Positions 45,224 to 59,418 of a stretch of DNA of 64,000 nt are shown here, piece after piece. The notes below the pieces were generated by a model. It made no database searches, was not told the DNA's origin, and saw nothing but the letters and a program-made list of their open reading frames with translations. The stretch is from positions 136,110 to 200,109 of the forward strand of contig NW_003314378.1 in the NCBI RefSeq assembly GCF_000143415.4, written 5' to 3'. Both the position numbers and the translations under genes were made by a program. Origin of the DNA: Selaginella moellendorffii (taxonomy: Eukaryota; Plantae; Lycopodiophyta). The stretch's first letter is position 1. Each line of letters begins with the position of its first letter.

Positions 45224-48200
45224 TTAAGCCTTAAGCCCTACTTCGTAGCGGCATATGCAGTCGTAGATGGCGCCATTGAAGAGTTTCTCTGCCAAGCGCT
45301 GGTTTTTCACCATAGCTAACTGGTAAAAAACAAAATTACCACACCACATTTTGAGGAGAGAGAGAGAAAAAAGAGGAAAATATATACCTTTAAGGCCTCA
45401 CACGTAAACCGGGCGTCATAATTCGTGTGCAACGATCTTCCCATGCCTTCCAAAACAATCTGTTTATTTGGTGTCACTTTCGTCAGCAATGCTTTCCCAA
45501 GGGACTCGGGAAGAATGGAAAGTTTTTTACCAGGTCCGCCTCCTCGGCGAGTATCGCCAGCTCCGAGCTCACTTGGCGGAAGTCGAGGCACGGGCTGCCG
45601 GAGCCGCTCTGGACGACCATGAGCCTGGGAGCTGTGGACGTCGTCGCAGATCGATCGTCGAGAGAAGTAGAATTGAGCAGCACGCCGCCAGCTATGGCGG
45701 CCTCTCGAAGAATGCTACAATGCTGCAATGCAAAGAGAGTGGTGGTCTTACTCGCTAAACATATGGAGTCTTCACGTTTACCGTGGCTGCTGCTGCTACC
45801 ACCGTTGGAAGCTCCATGTAAGTGACATCGTTGATTGCAGGGAGCGTGTTCGCAACCAGGACAACCTGTGAGTGAGAGAAAACTTAGGAGCTGGCTTGAA
45901 CGAAAGGAATCGGGACACAAACGTTGATACCTCTGTGCCGCGTCTAAGGAGCTCACGAGCAAACGGGAGCATCCCCAGGACGATATCGGCTCCAGAGTTG
46001 TCGACGAAAAGCAGTGCTCTGTAGTGTGGTTTTCCTGACATCCACCTGTTTCGAAACGCATCAAAGTCGTCCACCTGATCACAGCGAAGTAAGTTCTTGT
46101 TACAGGAACTGCGAGAAACAGTACTCTCCAGGGCCGCTGCATTTTGTTGCGACTCATGCGGTATATCTCGATAATGGTACCGCTCTGATAGAGCTCTACG
46201 CAGGCTCGAGAACCCCAGTCAAAAATGTTAGCAGCGAGGACGCCTTCTATTATTGTAAGTAATCTTGTCTCCTGTGCATATAGATGAGAATGAACATGAC
46301 AAATCTTAGGCTAGTACCGTGTCCATGGTGTCAAGCTCCGAAAAGAGGTCAGGCAAAACCGCCAGGGATGCTTCATTTTCCCTGCAATAAGAGACAGACA
46401 CTTGAAGTACAAAATAGAGGACAGTACCAACCTTTGCTTGATTGCTCGATACGCATCCGTGAAGTGGAACTCTCGAAGGCACTCTTCTCTGAGTTCTAGA
46501 AGGTTTGCAAGGCCGAGCTTCCCATACGCTGCTGGTTCTTCTCTCAACCTGAACTCCTAGCTGAACAGTTTTACGTAGAAAAAACCACAATTACCTCGCA
46601 AGATGGGCTCGAAAGGCTTGTGCAAAAGCGTCACCTCTGCGCTTTGCGTTGTCGGTGCCACCTTCACTAGCGACAGCCTGAAAAAACAGTTTTTCTGAAG
46701 CTCGGTCGCGAGTTTTTGTGAATACCTTTTCAACCAAGTTCGGCAGCTGTTCGGAAAGAATGTTAAACCAATACCTGCAAGATTATAGATAAGTTATTAG
46801 TTCCAAATAAAAACAATGATTACTAATTCCTTACTCTCGCTCATCAAGGTCTCCCAAGTCAATGGTGTTAGGCTCGTACCTAAAAGGAAACAACGTCAAT
46901 GTAGCTGATGAGAAACTAATGCTTGCTTACACACGTTTTCGGATCTGCTAGCAGCGGAAATGGTTCAAGAGAAGGTATTAGGTGAAGGACACCAACGTTA
47001 AGTGCTGCACTTGAATCAGAACGTAGCGACCTTGCACGACCTAGAGGACGCTCAAAACCACCGAGCCCAGTTGTGCTTGGATAACCTGTTGGTACTGGGG
47101 CAGTAATTTCTCCACCCTTTTGTACAAACTTTTCCATCCAAGTGATCTAACATTCGAATGCGGTTAAAAAACTGAAACAAAATATCTGCTGAGTACCTTC
47201 TCGTTTAGATCCCGAATAAGAGGGCCATGAATATTTCCCCCGGAGTATGGAGCACCCATAGGAAACCGCTCCACAAACTGGTGCGCGGTCAGGTTGGCAA
47301 GACCGTGTTTGTCGTAGCTCAAAAATGCACCTAGCGCGCCAAGAAATCCTTCATGCCTCAAGAACATTGCCTGCGCTTCACCTTTCGACCTGTGCGTTGA
47401 TCTACGTTAAAAAATTTCAAGCAGTGTTGAAAACATACCAGAAAGAGATGGCGAATGACATTGTGTCCATTGTGTATGCATGCCCGCGAATAAAAAAGCC
47501 TCCAAAAAATATGCGTTTCAATTTGTATCTAATAGCATTTAAGTAAGCAATCTGCAAGAACAGTATCAGAAGCCTACTAACCGGAATGCCTCATCGTACA
47601 CAACCTGACCAATGTTGTAAGAGATCATTCGAAGTAAGGAAAGGGCAATATCCTCTTTACGGTAATCCGAAAGACTCTTTGTTTCAGATATAACTCTACC
47701 AAAGCTGGAAGCTATTGTTGACGCAGACAATCCAATCTGTCATGAGATTATAAGTTTAAGAAACGACCGCAGCATATACCTTCGAGTAGTCTAGGCCGCC
47801 GTAGATATCTCCTACAAGCATATCGATGGCACTATTATCACCTTGCTGGCTTAGCTCCAATATCTGGTCGAATCTGCAATGCATTATTTACAGAGTATTG
47901 ACAGGAGGCCAGAAAACAGCATCTCTTACGTTTTACATCCTGTTAGCAATCGGCCAAGGCCCCAAAAGGTTCCTCCACCAACATTTGTCCCACTCACCCT
48001 TTGAAATTGGCCATCTGCATCAACCTGTTCCTCGATTTTAAATACTTTGTTGTGTACAAAGGCACCGCACCTTGATCATGCTGACACCAGATCCGATGTT
48101 AACGAGAAGGTACGGGAACATATCGCTTTGGTCAATTTGAACGAACTGCTTATTCCCTTCCAAGTGTGTGAATGCCTCGTCTCTGATAGCCTGCCTTGAA

Positions 48201-48995
48201 GAAGAAAGGTAAAAGATCCGTTTCCCGAAAATGGTGTGAGAGCTTACTCTTTGTAAGAAATTCGCTCCAGCGACCAAGCAATCCATCTCGTCCTCTTTGT
48301 CGAGTGTCACACCCAAACGTTCCTTGAACATGTCCGCGTACTTGAATGCCCCGCCACCCGTGGCCTTCATCCACCACCCGCAAAGCAATTACAAACGACA
48401 AGGAAGTCTCGTCACTCACCTTAATTGTGATTCCTTCCTCTGACCGGCTAACTACACAGCACTTCTTAGAAACAGCGGAAATTAAAAAAGAAAAGAAAAG
48501 AAAGAGCTTACATGGATCATTGCAGCAATGAAGCCGCTTTGACTCGATAAAGTCCAGGCACTCGTTGATTTTCCCGGTCTCAAACTTGACGAAGTGAAGC
48601 CGCCCGCCAGAGAAGTGACCGCGAAGGCTGGGAGATTTTGGCTGCTCCCCCGATCTTCTGGAGCTAGAAGGCTCGGGATGCCTCGAAAAATATATCAGCT
48701 TGATAAGCGAGCCTGCGATCAAAATATTGACTCGGCGATGCGATGAATGGGAAGAAGGAAGAAAAAGAAAGGAAAGAATAGAAATTCTACCTCCTATGTC
48801 GATTGCGAAGTGGCTGATGTCGTCGTTTTGATTCGGCAGAAGAATGCTGGGGTTTCGATCCTCCGTGGATCCTTGAATCGCAGCGCCGCTCAGATCCAGC
48901 TGCGGCCGCGACAAGCTCCTGGGAATCGATTGCTGCTGCTGCTGCTGCTGCGACGCCGGCGGCTCTCCATCCATGGCGCTGGATTGCGTCGCCAT
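45224..48995 (-). CDS. PANK2: Pantothenate kinase with C-terminal DUF89 phosphatase domain (plant PANK2 type), multi-exon
   Basis: HFAIDIGG|SLIKLIYF, ATGGGAFKY, PYLLVNIGSGVSM, FLRHEGFLGALGAF, LLFVDNSGADIVLGMLPFARELL, LEGMGRSLHTN. Confidence 0.95.
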
Positions 48996-49250
48996 TCCGA
49001 TGGCGCGCGCTATCTCTACCTAGCTCGAAAAAATATTCACAAACCCCTTTGCATGGGTACCTTCTTAATCGGCGAATATGCCTTGACGGCGTGAGAACAT
49101 TCCGTCTGGGCCGGCGGGCGAATATTCGTGGTCCCTTTCACGAGAGCGTTTCAGTGGCCTGTTTAGCCTAAATTGCTTCCACTGAAACGCTCCGGACGGG
49201 AAGAAAATCCCGCATTGGCTCTCAATCCATGCGAGCAGCTGGAGAGAGCT

Positions 49251-51767
49251 ATGGCGGCGCCCTGGCGGACGAATCCGTGCTGGTTCTGTCTAGCTAGCGG
49301 CATTGCAATTCTCCTGTGGAGCGCGGCCGGGGCGAGGGCCGATCAACAGCGAGCTGCGACGATCTCCCAGAGTAAGTGCTCCTGGAAATCCTTTCTGTGC
49401 GCGCTAGTGGCAAATGTAGCTCGGATTTCTTCGAGTAGACAGCAGCATCGATCCCTTGCTTGCTCTCCAATGCATGTTTCCTCTCGCCCTAGTCCTTTGT
49501 TCTTCGTGGATTCGTGCCAGTCTTCTTCCTGGATTTTCATCTCTTGCGCTCTTGCAGATACTTCGTTACGCATCGACTGCGGCGGGCCAAGAACTTTCGT
49601 GAACGAATTCAAGGAGAAATGGCTCTCGGACAGATTCTACACGGGAGGGAGCACCGCCGCGCTCGTCTCGACCTCGGACCACTTGAGGCGATCCCACGAG
49701 TGGTCTCTACGCTACTTTCCTCCCTCAACCGGCAAGAAGAATTGCTACATTGTGGAGCTCCCAAACGGCCGCTACTCCATCCGGATGTTCTTCGTCTACG
49801 GGAACTATGATCGCAAGTCCAGGCCCCCAAACTTCGACGTCTCGGTGGAAGGCACGGTGGTTTTCAGCTGGAGATATCCTTGGTCCGACGAAGAAGCAAA
49901 GAATGGTGTCTACAGCGATCTCTACACCTTCATCGACGATGGCGACGTGAAGATTTGCTTCTACAGCATTGCGACGGACTCGCCGGTGATAGGGGCCTTG
50001 GAGATCGTCTCGGTTGATCCACAGTCGTATAGCTCCCTGGCGACTGGGACCGACGTGATCCTTGTCAACTATGGACGTTTCACTGGTGGGCTCAAGGCTT
50101 TTGGAGCTGGTGTGAGCCGCGAGGGTGACAAACTCGGTCGGGCATGGGAACCGGATGCTACTCTCGCCACCACTTTCGGGGAGAGCTTTTATCTCCGAAC
50201 GGATGATCCTATCAAGAACGCCGAGGTTGCTCCAAACTATTTCCCACAGCGGCTTTACCAGTCAGCTCACACGCTAACTTCACCCGGCAGCATCGAGTTT
50301 ATGTTCACGGTGGACACGAGCCTCGACTACATGCTGTGGTTTCACTTCGCAGAGATTGATACGGCGGTCACGGCTTCTGGCCAGAGAGTTTTCGACGTCT
50401 TCATCAACAGCGAAGCTGCGTTCTCGGAGGTGGATGTTTACAAGGAGGCTGGAAGCTTTGCTGCTTATGACTTGTTTCACGTACTTAAGAACCTCACTGG
50501 CTCGGCTCTCAACGTGACGCTCTCGCCGCGAGTAGGAACACCAATTCTCAATGGATTGGAGAACTATGCAATCCTCCCTATGGATCTATCAACAAGCGTG
50601 GATGAAGGTATGTTAAAGGAAGTTTCGGACGTGATGTTTGTAAACGTTTTTTTTTTTTTTTTTTTGCAGTTCTAGCAATGCTAGCTTTGAAAGAAAGCTT
50701 GCGAGTTCCTGAGAGAATGGGATGGAATGGCGATCCTTGTGCTCCGTTTAATTGGGATACATGGGAAGGTGTCACTTGCAATTATGCTCCGGATGGGAAA
50801 TCCCTCGTCATCACTCGTCTGTAAGTTTTCAACGTTGTGTGTTTTACTTCTCTTTCTCATTTAAGGCACGAGCAGGGACCTGTCTGGTCAAGGACTGAAA
50901 GGAACAATCAGCGACACAATCACCTCACTGAAGCATCTGAGATATTTGTGAGTTCCGCTCTAGAAACACATTTCAAGGCCCGAGTTTGATGCATTCTTCT
51001 TGGATCCACAGGAACATGAGCAACAACAACTTACGAGGAAGCATTCCCTCCGGTCTTGGAAACGACAATCTCGAAACTGTGTAAGTTTTATATTCATTGA
51101 CTTGGCAAATTAATGTGCTGGACTTTTGACAGGGATTTGTCTTCGAATGATCTGACAGGAAGCATTCCAGAAAGCTTGGGCCAAGCGCAACTTGTCAAAG
51201 TGTAAGAACACGTTTTTCTCTAGAAACTTTCGCCTAATCTTTAACAGGCTTCTAAACAACAACGAGCTAAACGGACAAGTTCCACTGACTCTCTACACCA
51301 TCGGTGTACGTGGTGGATTCTTCAAGTAAGAAAAGAGCTTATAGATTTGTTCCTCTTCTTTTGGCGAACTTACCTTTCTCTCCGGATCATTGCAGCATTT
51401 CCTCCAACGACGATCTCTGCGGAGTTCCCGCACTGCCCGATTGCCCCTTCTGGCAACACCAGGAGCTCTCGACTCCTGCTAAGATTGGCATAGCTCTCAC
51501 AGCTCTAGCCGGCGCTGCTGTTCTTTCCACGCTGATCTACATTTTCGTCATCCGGAGGCGAAGAGACGACTATAACTTTGGCCTTCCTCATCAGCTCGCC
51601 TGTAAGTTTAAGCTTGTTTCTTAGGAGCAACTCCTGGCTCTTTCTTCTTTCTTTTTCTCGCAGCCCGGAGCGCACGGTATCAAAGACACAAATCTAAGCT
51701 ACGACTGGAAGATTCGTCCGCGCCAGTGTCAAAGTTTGGCTTCGCCGCAAACATGAACACGCTGTAA
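49251..51767 (+). CDS. RLP4: Malectin-like plus LRR receptor-like protein (RLP4 type), multi-exon
   Basis: Signal peptide; RIDCGG, GKKNCY, LYQSA, WFHFAEID…GQRVFDV, RMGWNGDPCAP…WEGVTC, several LRR exons, a TM helix, and short tail DDYNFGLPH. Confidence 0.88.
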
Positions 51768-51876
51768 AAACAAAACATAGATATATCTACCTTTTAACTA
51801 CAACAGTGAAGTTTTAACGGATTTTAGGGCAGGGAGGAGTGAATGGCAAGCGCGATCGGGGCGGGAGGAGCTTTGC

Positions 51877-54127
51877 ATGGATCTTGGACGCCGGAGCTGC
51901 CCGATCGCCAGCAAGCGCAGGAGACCCTCGGCTGAGGGCGGAGCGTGCATCGATCGATCGAGAATGGAGGATGTTTTGGAGGTTCTTCTCACGGATTTGG
52001 ATGCGGGGGTCACGGACGCGGCGTTGGAGCACATTTTGCACAGGCAGAGCAGCGATGACGAGAAGGTAGAGTTATTGGATCGATGCCTGGCGCTAGGTCT
52101 CCAATTGCAAGGCGTGGCCAATCGGCTCGCTAGAGAGCACGCCGCGCAACACAACTCCTCCGTGTGGCCGTTTACTCCTGATCTAAGCATTAAGGTGAGC
52201 TCGCTCTGGAATTTTTTTTCTCCTCTTGATGGGCCATGGTTTGCACGAAGCGAAGATTTTCTCGTCGCTGGGAACGCAGACTTTGTGCCAGGCAGCGGCG
52301 GCGTGTACCATGTTTAGCAAGCTCGTGCTGGAAGCTGCTTGCTACACTAACATCGATCTCACGACTGGCGGATCGACTGTGACGGATGAAACGGTGGAAA
52401 AGGTCATTCACCGAGCTGGCCGCTGTCTCAGGTTTTGGTTTCGTTCTTTCTCTCGTTCTAGACTAAGTTCCATTTGATTTTTCAGATCTTTGAAGCTCGG
52501 AGTTGTGCTCCACCATTGCCGTTTGCATGGACTGAAGCCGAGTTCTAGTCCTCTCAAGTTTCCTGTCATATATGACAGAAGCATGTTCAACAAATCTTCG
52601 GAGTGGACGGCTTGTCCTCTCTCAAAGAGCTGCCTTCGTCCATTGATTGTCGATGGTGTAGCTGGGTAAAATTTTTCCTGTTTGCAAATCCTCGCTTACG
52701 ATCTTTTCTTGCGTTTTGTTTCTCTTTCTTCAGAAGAATGTTGAAGGCCTTGCATCTCTACAACATCGAATCCATGGACAGCAAGTTTCTTTGCAAGGCA
52801 CTGATGGCCTGTCCCGCTTTGATGGATTTGAAAGTCGTTGGCCTGTAAGAAGGAATAGCCCTTTTTTATTTCTTCCGCGCTAACTTCTTACCAGCTTTTA
52901 GCAACGTGAGCTTGACGACATTGATGGATTGCTTGGGCACTACTTGTCATGAACTCGAGGGTCTATGTTGCCAACAGGCAAACCTTGGCTCATGGCCTGG
53001 ACGTAAGTTTTCTTGCTGCTGTTGTTCGTTCGTCACCGCTTAATGTTCTGTCAAATCTTTGCAGACAATGTGAAAATTAGTGCGTGTAGCACTCTCGTCA
53101 AAGGATGCCCAAAGTTACTGTCGTTAACACTGAGTGAGTACCGGCTAGCTGACAGAAAAGCTTCCGTCCTTTTGACTGTACGTTTATTGCTGGATTATTT
53201 TTATGTCAGCTCAAACTCTCGTGCTTCTCAGGGACTGGAGCACCTTACTCACGCTGATTTCTCTGGAGCCGATTACCTCAATGGTTTCTTCTTGAGGTAA
53301 GCGAGTGAAGAGTATCTCTTGTAAACTGAAAGCTGAGCTCGAGTTGTGTTTTGTTAGGAACCTCGTCGGCTGTGCTGAGCTTTGTCTCAAGACCTTGATT
53401 TTAAGAGATTGCGTGCGTTTGAAAGAGGTGCTAACTCGTCTTCACTTCCGGATTTGTTAATGGACGGAAATGCAGGTTGAAGTCCAACGTTTTCTCTTTG
53501 GCTTAAGAGCAGGCGAATGCAAGAACCTCCGTCACCTTGTGAGTTATTGAACATACCTGAAGTAGCTAGCTAACAGCAGCCTTATTGTTCCAGGACATTT
53601 CTAACAGAAACAATCTAGTTGGATCGGACTGGGGAAGAAGGATTCGTCCGAGGTACGTACGTTCCCGTTCCAGCCTTCACAAAACTAACTATGCTCTCTT
53701 ACATGGAAAAAGCTCCGAGTCGTTACTAGCTTTGCGCTCCGAACGTTCGGATCTCTGCCTCATGGCCGACTACCCAAGCTCCAAATGGTATGCCTATTTG
53801 AAATCATATCGCTCTTTGCTCAGTCCTTGATCCTTCCCTCACAGTGGCAGTGATAGCTCCGTCAGCATGGACAGCTACGAGGACAGTGAGAACGAGCAGA
53901 TCCAGCTGAGCATCGAGTCCTCGGAGTACATGTCGGAGAACAGCTTCAGCTCAAGCAGTAGCAGCAGCCAACAGGACGAAGAGGAAGTGGAAGATGACGA
54001 GGAGGACCAGTACTTGATGAGCCAAGACGAGTTTTTTGAAGGCGATCTCGGAGAGGTCAGCCGTGGCAGTGCCAGTGACCAAAGCGATGGCATCAGATTC
54101 AACCTTCCTCTACCAAGTTTCGGATGA
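51877..54127 (+). CDS. F-box/LRR protein, SKIP17-like, with acidic C-terminus
   Basis: HNSSVWPFTPDLSIK|IFSSLGTQTLCQAAAACTMF (F-box), LRR-like LHLYNI, LILRDC and LRHLDISN exons. Confidence 0.8.
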
Positions 54128-54185
54128 GACAAGCAACAGAGAAGAAAGGCCGCATTCAACAAGAAAAAACTCTGGCTCTAGAAAC

Positions 54186-57097
54186 TCAGTCTCTATCCTT
54201 ACCGAGAACGAGGAAGAGCTTCTCCCTCTCCAGCGCAAAAATGTTCCACAGCGTCTGCTCATCCGGCTCCCGCTGCTTCTGTGCCAATATCTGCGACTCC
54301 ACCACCGAAATGGCCGCGTCCTCGAGCTTCTCAATCTCGTCCTCGACACGCAAGAAACTCTCCATCAACACGTCCTTGACCGCCGACGCTACCGCGACGT
54401 TCTCGTATAGCTTCGGAGGTGGCGGCGGCGGGATCTCCTCCCCATCTTCGTTATACAGTGGCTCGGGTGGTGGCGGCGGCTCCTCCTCCTCGAGCATGTC
54501 CGGGTCGAGCCCTTCCTCTATGGCCTTCTGGCGGCGGACCTCAAGACGAGCGTCCTCCTCCGCCTTGGCCTTCGCAGCGATGTCCGCCAGAGTGTTCTCC
54601 ACCGCGTCGTGGACGGGATGGATGGCCTCGCTGAAGATCTTGAAGAGAGCCAAGTGGAACGTCGACGATGGATGAGCTGGGATCTCCGCCAGCTTCTTGA
54701 TCTTTGGACACAGGCTGAGCACCTGGCGCCGGCTCTCCTCGCTGGTGATGTTCTCGCTGGCCTTGATGGTGTTTGCGAGCGATCCGTCCCACTCTATAGT
54801 GAGAACCGGCTCTGGCTCTGGAGGAGGCGGCGGGGGTGGCGGCGGGGGGGCTCCTTTCTTGGGTGGCGGAGGTGGCGGCGGTGGTGGTAGCTCTTCTACT
54901 GGAGGCTTTCGACTCTCGGCCTCCTCGAGCAAGGTGGCGTTGATGGCGGTGACGAGCTTGCGGCAGTAAGTGTCGGCGGCTGGGTTGTGGTACATTGGTG
55001 ACTCCGACCCGAGGTTTCCTCGCAGGAATGCGTAGGCCGCGGGGGAGTACAGGTAGTCGGGCTTGCTCTTGAGCGTGCTGCATGTCAAGTCCGAGGAGTT
55101 GTCCAGCAGCTCTTCGATGACTTCCTCGACTCCGTGCATCATCTCTCGGTACTCGAGCTCCCGGGTCAGTTTGTTCCTCAGGTCCCTGCGAAAACAAGAT
55201 GAAGTTCACGCAAAGTTTGAGATGGAGGGAGGAGTTTACCCTTTGAGATCTTCGGTCGTGGCTACGCCCTTGAAGTAGATTGGCGCGGGAGGGTCGGGCA
55301 GCACGGGAGCGGTCCAGAGGACCCACGTCTCGTAGAAGGATCCCGCAAAGTTGGAGAAGAAATTGAAACGGAAGTTTTGCACTTCGCCGGGTAGTATGCG
55401 GCCGCTGGATGCCAATACGGTGAAGCGGTTGTGACGAGGAACTTGGAAGTTTTTATCTGCCAAAGGGATGTTAGAGCTTTGATGAAAACTATCTTTCCAA
55501 AGCTATAACATATTGTCTCGACAATAGCAAATACCATTCCAAGACTTTGATGGCTCCACGATTGGATCTTGAGGCCGCTTCTTCCAGCTATAGTAAACGG
55601 CAACAGTGCCAACGTTTCTCATGGTGACATCTCGACTTGCTATCTCACCTGATGCAAGCACAGGCCATGTTTCGGAGCAACGACAATTTTCGAGCTTTCA
55701 CAAACCTGCCTTTGCTGTGAACAGTAGCGATTCTGTGCTAACTTTGATGGCTGGCTGGCTGTAAACCTCGCCAGCAGGCGCCTCCTCGCTTTTCTTTCCA
55801 AACTGTAAGCCGGAAGAACAAGAAAAACACTTCAAAAACACAAGCAAATTCCTGAAAGTCGACTACCTTGATACGCTCTCCTCCTTTCCGCTGCCGTTCA
55901 GCCTCTGGTTTGATCTTGTTTCCTACAAGCTGCCAACACCAGTCCGTTGTTAGAAGATCGTTAATAGAAAGCAAACACTAGCTCTAAAGTGTTGCCTTGC
56001 TGAGAGGATCCGTCACCCCGTCTAAAACCGCCAGCCATCCATTACCAGAAGAAAAACTTAGCAAGCTTTGCAAACCCTGGCTTGTCCCAAAGAGATGAGA
56101 GCCACAAGTGGATTCCAATCCCAAAACACCACTCCTGTTAAAACATTATACAAGGTTTTGAAAGCAAGCCTCGGCTTCCAAAACCATTAGAAACTGGACA
56201 TAAAAAAGAAAACTTTCGAAGAAAACTAAAGCTCTGGTACATACCTGGAAACCATGAAAGTTTGGACGATGAGGCACTGTTGTCCGGATCCCCTTCTCGA
56301 GGCGCTCCATGTAGAGCTCAAACGGCCCCCATCGGCTTTTTCTCGTGTCCTGCCGCGAGTCTGTTTTGGTGAAGTAGTCCAGAGACATGTTTTCTTTGAG
56401 CGGGTTGCCAATCCTTTCGAGCGTGCGCTGAGCTAGAAGATCGTAAGGCATAGGCACAGCCGTTAAGTCACCAATCATAGGCTCGACCATCCAGTAATCT
56501 CGCAAGCTGATCTCCCACTGCCAAGAACCGGGAGGGAAAAAATGAGAAAACAAAAACGAGAGCTCGTGAGAAATCGAACAGAGGGAGCTTACGGTGTTTT
56601 CTCCGTAGTATCTATCTAAGTCGGACTTGGATTTCTCAAGGATGAGAATGTTCTCTTGCTTCAAGCGATAGAGGTTGATGTTTTCCATGAGTATGTCCTC
56701 CTCGACTTTCTCGGTTTGCTTCATTGCCAGCTTTTTGGACTCCTCGTAGTTTCGACAATGGTACTGGTATCGCCTGCGAGATAGAAACAATGAGCAAGAA
56801 CTTTCTTCTATCTCGAACAGAAGAATCAGGAAAAAAAAATGGAAGTGCTACTTACTTGAAGGCGTTCTGGTGCTTGCGGTCCTCGATTTTCTGGAAGATG
56901 TGCTTCTTCTCTTTGGCAACCTTTTTTGGCGGCTTGAAGATGGACACCCTTGATCGCTTTTGCAACTCAGAGGGAAGCTCCTGGAGGGGCTGCGCGAGAG
57001 CCTTGTTTGGATCAAAGCCATCGCCAGGGATCGGAATCATGGTTTCCCGGAAGGACCAATTGTTCTTCTTCACCGGGTACATGTTCTTGGCCGCCAT
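54186..57097 (-). CDS. MYCBPAP: MYCBP-associated protein homolog (motile-flagellum central-apparatus family), multi-exon
   Basis: WEISLRD, VTMRNVGTVAVYYSWKK, SGRILPGEVQNFRFNFFSNFAGSFYETWVLWTAP and VEEVIEELL resemble the MYCBPAP domain. Pro/Glu-rich C-terminus. Confidence 0.7.
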
Positions 57098-57471
57098 AGC
57101 GCCGCCCTCCGCCCTCTCTCCAATTCAAATGCTGGAAACGCGCCAAATGCCGAGCCCTAGGTCCCTGCCCGGCCGAGGTTCGAATCCCTTCCTAGCTCGT
57201 TCGATCGCTATTCTAGCTAAGAATCTCCCTCGCATCGATTACCTTGCTAGATCTTGGCGAGCCTTTCTCTTGATCTCTCATTTCTTCGCTCTAGCAACGC
57301 CAGCGATCGCGAAGCCTTCGAGTGATTTCCTCGAGCTCCGAAAGGTCGCGAGCTCGAATCCCAGCTGGGCCGGATGGACTGACGGAATGTTCTTGGTGAT
57401 ATTTGGGGGTTTAGGGCTCAAGTGACGGAATATGATAGGGCCTTGCTCGAGCTGGAGATAGCGCGCGCGCC

Positions 57472-59418
57472 ATGGCGGGCGTTCTTCCTTTCTCATGCTT
57501 CCAGCGGCGATATTTCGACGCGCCCGACACAAAATGTGGATCTTCTTCTCTTTCAGATTGCACTGAGCCGTGTTCTTCGTCCGTCGCCTCTCCGTGCTGG
57601 ATTTCGTCGAGGTATGATCCACGCGGAGCAGGGCGGGGGGTTAGAATCCAGGTAGCGGCTGCAGTAGCGAGGAATTCGCCAAGGATTAGGAACCTTAGGA
57701 ACAATCCCGGCCCGGCGTTGAGCCCCGAGCAGCTTGCGTGGGAACGGATGATGCTCGAGGTAGAGAAATCTCCCGAGCCACTGGCAATTCTCAAGAAGTA
57801 CGCTGGAGATGGAAATATTTCTAGGGAGAGTGTTGTCGGGACGCTCACCAGGTTTAAGCAAATGCAGGCGTGGAAGATAATTATCAAGGTTCGTGATCTT
57901 AGGATAGAAAAGCATCAAATTTTTGTGTTTCTCATTTCTTCTCTTCCAGTTCACGGAATGGCTCATGGAGCAAGGATGGTACAATTTCAACCAGAAGGAT
58001 TACTTCCTGGTTTTGCTGGCCTATTGCAAGGATGGGCAAGTCGACAAGACGGAAGGAATTTTCCAACGAATGGCAGAGCTTGGTGTTGTGGCCAACATCG
58101 AAATGTACACGCTACAAATCGAAGGCTACGGTCGACGACGGAGTTTTGACAAGGCTGAAGCTGTGTTTCAGAGACTGCTAACAACTGGTCCTTCGCCTAC
58201 AGCACAGACTTATCAAACCATGATGAAATCATACAGTGAGGTAAATCCTCTTTCCTTATTTCCTATCGATCAATGTGTGTTACACAGGCTGGGAGGCTGG
58301 ATGATGTCCAACGAATTTTTAAGCTGGTAACAGATTCGCCAAGTCCAACAGTAAAACCGGACGCGAGAATGTATAATTTGATGATTCATACGTATGGGAA
58401 GCAGGGCAAAGTTGAACAGGCCATGTCCGTTTATCAGTCGATGAAACGTGAGCGCGTGGCATTAACGATAGTTACGTTCAACAGTCTTCTTGCATGTCAA
58501 AAGACCTGGAAGGATGCTGAAGATGTTTTCCGGAAGGTAAACATTCATTTCGATTATTTCAGCGATGCTGAACCCGCTCCTTTGATTTTGCAGTTGCAAG
58601 CTGCCAAGCTCGACCCAGATGTCTTCTCATATACCGCTCTGGTAAATGCGTACGCCAAGGCGAGGAGGGCGGAATGTGCACACGCTGCTTTCGATGACAT
58701 GATTGCCGCTGGCATAAGGTAGTGAGTGATTGAATCCTTGTATGATCCAAATTTTTGTTTTTCAGACCGACACAAGTTGCCTATAACGCACTTATTAATG
58801 CGTATGCGAAGTGTAAAGATCCAGAGGGAGCACGAGCTGTTTTAAAACAGATGAAACAGAACGGGTATAATTCTTCTAACTATTTTTTAGTCGAGTCTAA
58901 TAGTCGAAAACAGGTGTACCCCTACCGTGGAGTCTTATACGTCTTTGATATCTGCTTATGTTAGTGTGAACCTGATGGCTAAAGCGGAACAGACAGTTCT
59001 GCGAATGAAGGAAGCGGACTTGCAACCCAACTTGCAGACATTTTGCGTTCTGATGACGGGTTACGCGAACGGGAACAAGTTAGACAACATGATGAGGTCT
59101 TTCGAGACGATGAAGCTTGCGGGATTAGAACCAAACCGTCACGTGTACACGGTACTGGTAAACGCCTATGGGTCCAACGACGATTTTGATTCAGCTATCA
59201 TCTGGTACAAGCAAATGCTAGGCACTGGATACAAACCGGATCCAATTCTGAGAACAGTACTGCTGAAAATAGCCAAGAGTCACGAGCAAACGGAGGAGAT
59301 ACACGAGCTTCTAGGAATGCAAAAACCTGCTAGGAGTTTGGAAGAAGGCTTGGACACAGGACTGGATACTCTGGTTCTGCCGCAACTGGAGAAACAGGAA
59401 CTAGTGGCTGCTCGATGA
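57472..59418 (+). CDS. P-class PPR protein, probably chloroplast-targeted, multi-exon
   Basis: Transit peptide; VVGTLTRFKQMQAW…EWL…WYNF; 35-aa repeats (KPDARMYNLMIHTYGKQG, DPDVFSYTALVNAYAKARR, RPTQVAYNALINAYAK). Confidence 0.92.

Noticed and set aside
51843-51935. Overlapping uORF before the F-box gene
   Set aside because: It may lie upstream of the TSS or within the RLP4 3'UTR. There is no evidence it is in the mRNA.
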